A stretch of DNA of 17,440 bases from Octopus sinensis (lineage: Eukaryota), in NCBI RefSeq assembly GCF_006345805.1, contig NW_021825417.1, positions 1 to 17,440 of the forward strand, written 5' to 3'. Below are positions 9,490 to 17,440 of the stretch, piece by piece (within the stretch, counting starts at the first letter, position 1; each line of letters begins with the position of its first letter). The notes under the pieces were generated by a model that ran no database searches, was not told the DNA's origin, and saw nothing but the letters and a program-made list of their open reading frames with translations. The translations under genes and the position numbers were made by a program.

Positions 9490-9510
9490 TATTATTATTA
9501 TTATTATTAC

Positions 9511-9555
<45 letters not shown>

Positions 9556-9659
9556 CATTATTACTACTACTACTACTACTATTATTATTATTATTACTAT
9601 TATTATTATTATTATTATCATCATTACTATCATTATTATTATTATTATCATTATCATCA

Positions 9660-9693
<34 letters not shown>

Positions 9694-9893
9694 CATTATC
9701 ATCATTATTATCATTATTATTATTATTATCATTATCATCATCATTATTATTATCATTATTATCATTATTATTATTATTATCATTATCATCATCATTATTA
9801 TCATCATTATTATCATTATTATTATTATTATCATTATCATCATCATTATTATTATCATTATTATCATTATTATTATTATTATCATTATCATCA

Positions 9894-9924
<31 letters not shown>

Positions 9925-10056
9925 CTTATCATCATTATTAATCATATTATTATTATTATCATTAATCATCATCATTATATTATCATTATTATCATTATTA
10001 TTATTAATATCATTATCATCATTATTAATCATTATTATTATTATATCATTACATCA

Positions 10057-10091
<35 letters not shown>

Positions 10092-10120
10092 TTATTATTA
10101 TTATTCTTATTATTATTATC
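9461..10120. repeat. ~660-bp (ATT/ATC/ACT)n trinucleotide array with internal higher-order repeat
   Basis: Read directly; explains the poly-Ile ORFs. Confidence 0.95.
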
Positions 10121-10662
10121 GAGTGACAAAGCAGCGTATGCCATCAAAACGACATTGGGGTAAAATATACGAAACCCTGTATACCCATCATGACTACCCG
10201 CCTGATAAGGGTACACCAAACACAAACATCACAACCATATGTGCGCGACATGATGATCTCATATCAAGATAAACAGTGCATTACCTTGCAGATGGGGCCC
10301 AGTTAGAATTTTCTGTTCCGCTCAAAAGGCCCTTGAGTAATGGTTGTTTAAGAATGTTAACGGACACCCAAATTTCCAGAGGGGAATTATTCAAACCCCA
10401 AGAATTCCCCTCAACACAGGCTATGATGCTCCCCCCCACTACTGCTTGCTCTTGATCAGAGACGCACTATCATCAGCCACAAAGGGACATGCTCAACTGG
10501 TTAAGGTCAAACAACTGACAAGCAAATCTGTGGTATTGAGCAGAATATTGCTGTAAGTCCCATCTTTTATACCAAGACAAAACAATGTACATGACAACAC
10601 TTTCCAATCAGTTAAGATGAGAAGCCCATGAGAACCAGTGCCTGTTACTGCATCAAGGCATT
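10121..10662. mobile_element. ~540-bp non-coding element flanked on both sides by (ATT)n, probably a non-autonomous retroelement
   Basis: Complex sequence with sharp boundaries inside the ATT array. It has no Pol III boxes or convincing ORF, and resembles a dispersed octopus repeat as I recall it. Single copy in this window. Confidence 0.55.
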
Positions 10663-10674
10663 TATTATTATTAA

Positions 10675-10757
<83 letters not shown>

Positions 10758-10781
10758 CATCATTATTATTATTATTATTAT
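10663..10781. repeat. (ATT)n microsatellite
   Basis: Read directly. Confidence 0.96.
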
Positions 10782-10784
10782 TTG

Positions 10785-11011
10785 AACGTGGCGAGATAGC
10801 AGAATCGTTTGTACATCGGTGGAAATGTATAATGGCATATCTTTTGTCTCTTTACGTTTTGCGTTCAAATTCCACCGAAGTCGGCTTTATCTTTCATCAT
10901 TTCGGAGTCGATAAGACAAGTGTCAGCTCAACACAGGGATCGTCGTAATTGAATAACCCCCTTCCCGTCAAAATTTCAGGGCGTATCCCTATAGTAGACA
11001 AGGTTATTATT
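10785..11011 (+). mobile_element. SINE type E monomer, diverged
   Basis: Head gcgagatagcagaatcgtt, B-box-like gcgttcaaattcc, body gaagtcggctttatctttcatcatttcggagtcgataa, ending in attatt. The body resembles the Nin-type SINE domain as recalled. Confidence 0.8.
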
Positions 11012-11046
11012 GCTACTGATGATGTCATTCCTGTTGTTGTTACTCT

Positions 11047-11690
11047 AAGGACATGCGCTGGCAGAATTAATAGAACATCAGAGAAATTGCCACGCGGTAT
11101 TTGTTCAGGCAGCGAGCTTGGCAGAAACGTTAGCAGTCCGGGCGAAATGCGTAGCCGTATTTCGGCTGCCGTTACGTTCTGAGTTCAAATTCCGCCGAGG
11201 TCGACTTTGCCTTTCATCCTTTCCGGGTCGATTAAATAAAGTACCGGTTTCGCACTGGGGTCAATCTAATCGACCTAATCCATTTGTCTGTCCTTGTTTG
11301 TCCCCCTCTGTGTTTAACCCCTTGTGGGTAGTAAAGAAATAGGTATTTTGCCCGTCGCTACATTCTGAGTTCAAATTCCGCCGAGGTCGACTTTGCCTTT
11401 CATCCTTTCGGGGTCGATTAAATAAGTTACGCACTTAGTCCGTTGTGATCGACTTAGTCCGTTTGTCTGTCCTTGTTTGTCCCTTCTGTGTTTAGCCCCT
11501 TGTGGTTAGTAAAGAAATAGGTATTTGTTCAGGCTTTTTACATTCTTGAGTTCAAATGCTCTTGAGATCCTCTATGCGTTTCATTCATCCAGGGTCGGTA
11601 AAATAAGATGCCAGTCAAGTTCTTGAGTCAATGATAGCGACTAACACCCACACTTTTCAAAATTATTGTTGTGAGACGTGTTTAGAAGTG
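11047..11690 (+). mobile_element. Old SINE type E host, split by a younger E dimer
   Basis: Head aaggacatgcgctggcagaattaatag...gcggtatttgttcaggc (11047-11110) continues after the insert as tttttacattcttgagttcaaat... (11535-~11690). Confidence 0.72.
11107..11519 (+). mobile_element. Younger SINE type E dimer (headed arm plus headless arm) with 11-15-bp TSD
   Basis: A box TGGCAGAAACGTTAG (11119-11133), B boxes GAGTTCAAATTCC (11181-11193 and 11367-11379). Both arms end gtaaagaaata. GGTATTTGTTCAGGC occurs identically at 11096-11110 and 11520-11534; its last 4 nt overlap the element start. Confidence 0.9.
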
Positions 11691-12760
11691 ATCCGTGATG
11701 ACACGGATCGGTGATAGGTCAAAGATTCCGCTTGGACTGCCAAAGCGCATCACAATGACCGTTCGCAATGCTCAGTACAACATGGGGGCTATTTCTTCAA
11801 TATGTTCTGTGATTCATTCGTCAGTGATTCATTTAACACATTGGTTGTTTTTAACCAAACACCCGTGATAAACGAGGATGCTCTATGTACTGTAGCACGC
11901 TGTGATACCCACTTAGCAGCGAATTACGCTATTGTGGAAAATAAAACTTGGTGATAGAAGTACTATACATCTCTATTATATTTTCTTAGGGCTATATATA
12001 CTATCAGATATATTAATAATTAACTTACAGCTGGGGTAACTCAAATTGTCAACAAATATGCACACCAGTCTCTTCACTCGAACTCACATCGACTTGGCTG
12101 CTTGACCAGTACACTCTTCCCGGCCATTAACCCTCTATAGACCGACTGTATAAGCACAAACGCATTAGAAACATTTGGATATGATTTGATCACCAATAGC
12201 TAATTTTACCTAGCTTTCAAGCAAAATCAACCGGTCTTTCATTTTTCCAATAAGCGACTGTTACTGCCATCGTAAAAGGAAAACTAACTGTTAGTTTGCT
12301 TAGCTTTCACAGAAATTGTAAGCTAGCTATATATATTAAGTTTTATTTGGTCGCTAGCAAAGTAAATGGTGTGTATTGGAGCGTAATGTTTGACAATTAA
12401 TTAACGCTAACACCTATTCGACGTCGCTTTCGCTGTTTTAAATGAAGATAAGATTTCTCGATCGTGTTGATACGTCCGTGTATATATTAGCGGACGATAA
12501 TGAACAACATCAACCAACACCGCCGCCACCACCACAATCGTCACCACAACCGCCACTACCCAAACCGCAACAACCATCGAATACCTAATCACTGGCAGCA
12601 CAAACATATGTATAGATACATTAACAGGCAACGCATACGTACAAATAAAGACGGATACACACACACATACACCAGGTTATGAATAATGGCACACATAACA
12701 CATTAAGTTGTTGACAGACTGAAATAGGGGAAAAAGAGAAAATTAGAGCATTAGATAGAA

Positions 12761-12797
12761 ATATATCTATATCTATATATATATATATATATGTATA

Positions 12798-12886
<89 letters not shown>

Positions 12887-13013
12887 TACCAAGTCACACA
12901 TACATATATGCGTATATATCTATACATTACACGCATATATGCATATTCATGTACATATGTATTAAATATATTCATGCATATGGATACGCGTTTAATATAT
13001 ATATATATATATA

Positions 13014-13058
<45 letters not shown>

Positions 13059-13119
13059 ATATACATTATATTATACATATATATATATGTATAAATGCAC
13101 ACATACATACATACATACA

Positions 13120-13155
<36 letters not shown>

Positions 13156-13596
13156 TATATATATGCATACCCTTATATATTGTATACGTATAACATATTG
13201 CATTTGTGTGTATGTATATATATGTGTGTGTGTGTGTGCATGTTTATATACAGAGAGAGAGAGAAAGTGAGAGAGAGAGGAAGGAGAGAGAAAGAGAGAA
13301 GAAAGGAAGAAAGAAAGACAGAAAGAAAGAAAGAAGGAAGGACCGAAAAAGAAGTGTTAGATGGATGGAAACCGAAAGTGAAAATGAAAGTGAAAGTCAG
13401 CGAAATCGATATATAAACACACACACAGACACACACACACACACACGCCGCACGCACACACGCACGCACACATACACACCTACACACACACACACACGCA
13501 CACACACACATACACATACGCACACACACACACACCTACACACACACACACACACGCACACACATACACACACACGCACACACACACACACACACA
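12761..13596. repeat. Compound microsatellite field (TA)n, (TACA)n, (TG)n, (GA)/(GAAA)n, (CA)n
   Basis: Read directly; short unique spacers are included. Confidence 0.9.
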
Positions 13597-13979
13597 TTGC
13601 AATGGTGGAAAGATGAAACAACAAAATAATAAATAAATAGAGAAAGAGATAGCGACGAAAGAGATAGAAAAGATTGGCTAAGTAAGGAAATGGATGTTTA
13701 GATTACAGCTCGTGGCTTTAAGATGAGAATCATTAACAGTGAATGGTAGCGCTGTTAAAGTGGCTTTTTCGCTAACCAACATTTACTAAACCAAGTGGAA
13801 AGTCTGTCTTGTATGAATGAGAAGGGGGGAAAAACATATGTAATCTTATACACCGTATTATTACTGTTTGCTATTAAGACTTTCGTCGTAGACCTCGCAG
13901 CAGATATTTCGCTTTAACTAACAGCCATAGAAAACTGTTACGAATAATAGTACTGTATTATGGACGATATGCATATCGG

Positions 13980-14063
13980 ATGTGTTTATGTATGTATTTA
14001 TATATATATATATGTATGTGTGTGCATATATGTGTGCATTTATATGTCTATATATATATGTGC

Positions 14064-14106
<43 letters not shown>

Positions 14107-14220
14107 TTGATATTTTCACATATATGCCTATATATACGCACACACACACATATGCATACACATATACATTATGTATTTACATATGCATTTATATATATGC
14201 GTATATTTATATTAGATATA

Positions 14221-14273
<53 letters not shown>

Positions 14274-14440
14274 TATATATATAAACATATACATACACAC
14301 ACCCACACACATATATTTACATTATTTATATGCATATATGTGTGTGTATGCCTGTATTTGTTTGAATCTGCATATATGAATATGCATATATACACACATA
14401 TGTGTAGATATATACATATAACGTATACACATATATAAAT
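13980..14440. repeat. Compound (TA)n/(TG)n/(CA)n microsatellite field
   Basis: Read directly. Confidence 0.9.
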
Positions 14441-14658
14441 ACCTGTCTTCGTATATGCAATTTTGTTTGTGTACGCGCATGCTTGCGTGTGAAATAAACC
14501 GATATCTCTGGAAGTTTTTCTACCGACGGCTTATATATCCTCTACGCTATAGAGTCTAGCTTAGAATGTGAAGCATTACCTCTTCTACACGCAAAATAGT
14601 CTCATATCCAACGTGTGAATGAACGAACCTTCTTTGTGATCGATGTTCTTACTAGAAA

Positions 14659-14698
14659 GGCACATGGCTCAGTGGTTAGAGCAACGGGGTCACCATCA
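14659..14698 (+). mobile_element. Isolated SINE head (A box only)
   Basis: ggcacatggctcagtggttagagcaacggggtcaccatca matches the type A head at 15348; similarity ends before the B box. Confidence 0.7.
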
Positions 14699-14751
14699 CA
14701 TCATGGAAATATCAAAGCTACGAGATAATGCATGATTAATTCAAAATAAAC

Positions 14752-14962
14752 TGGCACTCCGTCGGTTACGACGACGACGAGGGTTCCAGTTGATCCGATC
14801 AACGGAAGAGCCTGCTCGTGAAATTAACGAGCATGTGGCTGAGCACTCCACAGACACGCGTACCCTTAACGTAGTTCTTAGGGACATTCAGCGTGAGAGA
14901 AAGTGGAACAAGGCTGGTCCTTTGAAAAACAGGTACTACTCACTTTTGCTAGCTGGGTGGAA
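14752..14962 (-). mobile_element. SINE type B, 5'-truncated
   Basis: The reverse complement aligns to ~15848-16065 from the end of the core through the tail (...gtcgtaaccgacggagtgcca). Confidence 0.9.
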
Positions 14963-15111
14963 TAATGTAAATAAATAATAAATAATGTGAATAAATAGAT
15001 ATTACATTTGACGCAGTACTCTGAATGCCAAAGGGTGAAGAGTACAAGAGTACAATGGCACAAATATCTGTGGAGTATTTTATCTGATTGTGCTGTAATA
15101 ATTTATGATTT

Positions 15112-15187
15112 AGGCATAGGGCCAGCGGTTGTGACGGAGGCTTTTGCTTGATGCTACCGTGCCAGTACCTGACTGTTACTTTGTATT
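15112..15187 (-). mobile_element. Possible highly diverged SINE type E 3' half
   Basis: ggcatagggccagc...ccagtacctgactgttacttt loosely aligns with 7105-7180. Confidence 0.4.
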
Positions 15188-15347
15188 GTTTGAGCGAGAA
15201 GGGAGGGAAACACAAAATTGATCTCCACAGGATTTCAGATTAGTACATAAAGATCCGATTACTGACAAACTACTACGCTTTCACTTACACAATTATGCAA
15301 TGACTAGGTATTCTATTTATTATTCGAGTTGTGGTTGTCGTTGTGAA

Positions 15348-15675
15348 GGTGCATGGCTCAGTAGTTAGAGCGTCGAGCTTACGATCGTGAGGTTGTGAGT
15401 TCGAATCCTGGACCGGGCTGCGTGTTGTGTTCTTGAGCAAGACACTTTATTTCACGTTGCTCCAGTTCACTCAGCTGTAGAAATGAGTTGCGACGTCACA
15501 GGTGCCAAACTGTATTGGCCCCTTTGCCTTTCCCTTGGACAACACTGGTGGCATGGAGAGGAGAGGCTGGTATGCATGGGCAACAGGTGGTCTTCCATAA
15601 ACAACCTTGCCCGGACTTGGAGAGTAACTTTCTAGGTGCAATCCCATGGTCAGTGTCATGACCGAAGGGAGTCTC
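15348..15675 (+). mobile_element. tRNA-derived SINE type A, apparently full length
   Basis: A box TGGCTCAGTAGTTAG (15354-15368), B box GTTCGAATCC (15399-15408), core gtgttcttgagcaagacactttatttcacgttgctccagttcactcagctgtagaaatgagt, and a distinct tail ending catgaccgaagggagtctc. Confidence 0.92.
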
Positions 15676-15747
15676 AGCAGCATGGTTATCGTTGCAGTTG
15701 CTGCTATTGTGTTATTTATTGTTGTTATTGTTGTTGTTAAGTGTGAA

Positions 15748-16065
15748 GGCGCATGGTTTAGCGATCACAGTATCCGGCTCACGATCGGAAGGTTGTGAGT
15801 TTGTTTACTGGCATCGCGTTGTCTCCTTGAGCAAGACACTTTATTTCACGCTGCTCCAGTCAACTCAGTTGGCAAACACAAGTAGCACTTGTAATTCAAA
15901 TGGCTGGCCTTATCACTCTCTGTGTCACGTTGAATCTCCCTTACAACTACTCGAAGAGTACGTGTGTCTTTGGAATACTCAGCCACTTGCACGTTAATTT
16001 CACGAGCAGGCTGTTCCGTTGATCGGATCAACCGGAACACACGTCGTTGGGACCGATGGAATGCC
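15748..16065 (+). mobile_element. tRNA-derived SINE type B, full length with decayed promoter
   Basis: Head ggcgcatggtttagcg..., the same core as type A, and a tail matching 14752-14962 and 1065-1232. Confidence 0.88.
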
Positions 16066-16189
16066 TAAAACAATTGTTGTTAAGCATCAAGTCATCCCTG
16101 ATCGAGCATACCTATCATCAAAGGCGTTCCAGTCGAGGCCAACCCATTTTTATGACTATTTATGACAACTATACCCAATACGATTTCTC

Positions 16190-16355
16190 CTTAAGGAAGA
16201 GCATGTGATTTAAAAGGCATTTTGTTTCTATTTCTAGCAGGTCAAGTGACCATAGAGCTGTCTTCGTTTAATTTCTAGAATTAGCAGCCAAAATTACGCC
16301 AAACCATATTATGTCGTCTTAAAAATGACAACACACACTACATAATATTGTCTTA
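16190..16355. repeat. Two opposed copies of dispersed repeat F forming an imperfect palindrome
   Basis: Left arm 16190-16251 and right arm 16262-16355 (reverse) both match the F core; centre ~16257. Confidence 0.55.
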
Positions 16356-16800
16356 GAAAGGCTATGGCAGGAAAAAACAGGGCAATCTCCATAGAATTAT
16401 AGGTCCCGGGCAAATGAATGAACTGAGTCTTATTGTATATATTTATAGACAGCAAGCCACAATACATAGTTCAGAATTGAGCTCCTAGGTCCGTGAAGCT
16501 CTACCAGCAACTGCTCTGCGAGTCCATGCCTTAAGACAGCCGTGGTGGTCAGTAGCTGTAATACCTCTGATTATACGTCAACTCGATCAGGTGTGACCTG
16601 GAACTAAACAACGAATCCGTTTATGTGGTAACCCTGGTTTATAAATAAATGAATGAATGAATTAATTTTTTTAAATGCCTCTCTTAATTCATACTCACCA
16701 TTTTGAAGTGGGAGACTGAGGGAGAGAGACACCACACCAAAAAAATGCAGCCCCATATAAATAATTAAATGAAACCGAAAATATTAAAAGAACTGTACCA

Positions 16801-16865
16801 CCCACCTCACCCTTTCTCCCACCTCACTCTTTCTCCCATCTCACTCTTTCTCCCACCTCTCTCTC
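16801..16865 (+). repeat. 17-bp minisatellite CCCACCTCACTCTTTCT, ~3.5 copies
   Basis: Units start at 16801, 16818, 16835 and 16852. Confidence 0.88.
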
Positions 16866-17067
16866 CGTTCTTTCTCCCCTGTCTACCACAACAGCAGTGA
16901 TGTCTGCTCCACTGAACTAACAAGTCCACCCGTGTGCATCCATCCGCCTGTGTTTTAGTATTCTAGTCGTTTGATAAAATGTGTTATTTTGTACTCAAAT
17001 CAATAATCGATTTTGTTAAAATCTCGAGATACATACATAGCTATATGTATACCTAATAACTGCGTGG

Positions 17068-17190
17068 GCGCTCGCTCGAACTCCAAGAACTGGCTGCCAA
17101 GCATCCCTCAAATCACAACTTACTATCTAAAAAAATAAAATTAAAGAATAAAAGTTGATTCACATTAGATAATGATGTCCAAGATAGTGT
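17068..17190 (-). repeat. Dispersed repeat F, diverged copy
   Basis: Reverse complement ...tgtgatttgagggatgcttggcagccagttcttggagttcgagcg aligns with 6806-6909. Confidence 0.55.
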
Positions 17191-17386
17191 GTGTGGGGGG
17201 AGGTGTTACATACGGATGTAAGTATGGATGGAGGTAAGTATGGATGGATGGAAGTATGGATGTAAGTAAAATAACAAACAATGAAGACAAGGAGTTTTTA
17301 ACAATGCAAAAGGAGTAAGTTAAGTAGTTTAGTAACCTTTATAGTTCGGCCACAAAGGCCCATTATAAGAAGTGTGTAGTTTGGGG

Positions 17387-17440
17387 CAGGGGTTCTCAAC
17401 CATTTTTTATCCATTGATCCCTTTAATTGTTATTTTATTC
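17387..17440 (+). mobile_element. Left end of a hAT (Charlie-like) MITE running off the window
   Basis: CAGGGGTTCTCAACC at 17387-17401 resembles hAT-Charlie termini; a related end lies at 6150-6197. Confidence 0.6.

Noticed and set aside
8930-10126. 398-aa plus-strand ORF, the longest in the window
   Set aside because: Mostly (ATT)n read as poly-Ile; its complex middle is the antisense of the R4 fragment.
11157-11690. ~180-bp periodic units suggesting a satellite, CRISPR-like array or rolling-circle product
   Set aside because: The units are SINE arms; there are no unique spacers, the context is eukaryotic, and the 15-bp duplication favours nested retroposition.
12491-12589. Pro/Gln-rich reading ADDNEQHQPTPPPPPQSSPQPPLPKPQQPSNT* after a TTAG
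   Set aside because: No pyrimidine tract before the AG, and the sequence looks like a degenerate (CCA/CAA)n repeat.
15348-15420. tRNA-like sequence with good A and B boxes
   Set aside because: It continues directly into a SINE core and tail, and no convincing acceptor stem closes; a SINE head, not a tRNA gene.

Overview
AT-rich, microsatellite-dense eukaryotic non-coding DNA. The interspersed repeats resemble those I recall from Octopus/coleoid cephalopod genomes (inference, not a database result). No intact protein-coding gene is supported: nearly all listed ORFs are translations of simple repeats. The window holds decayed non-LTR retrotransposon ORF fragments: an ~1 kb R4/Dong-type restriction-like-endonuclease (RLE) LINE relic at 705-1720 split by a SINE tail, one clear and one tentative further R4-type 3' end, and a CR1/L2-type RT fragment at ~4575-4930. 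It also holds at least five tRNA-derived SINE types (A-E, my own labels), several other dispersed repeats, and large compound microsatellites. The most notable structure is that SINE type E is repeatedly interrupted at the same GTATTT site between its A and B boxes: two TSD-flanked nested insertions plus a dimer junction. Other points of interest are a (TAA)n landing pad with three different elements, modular SINEs sharing head and core but swapping tails, a close inverted SINE pair, a hidden 51/102-bp higher-order repeat, and one candidate splice acceptor/terminal exon.
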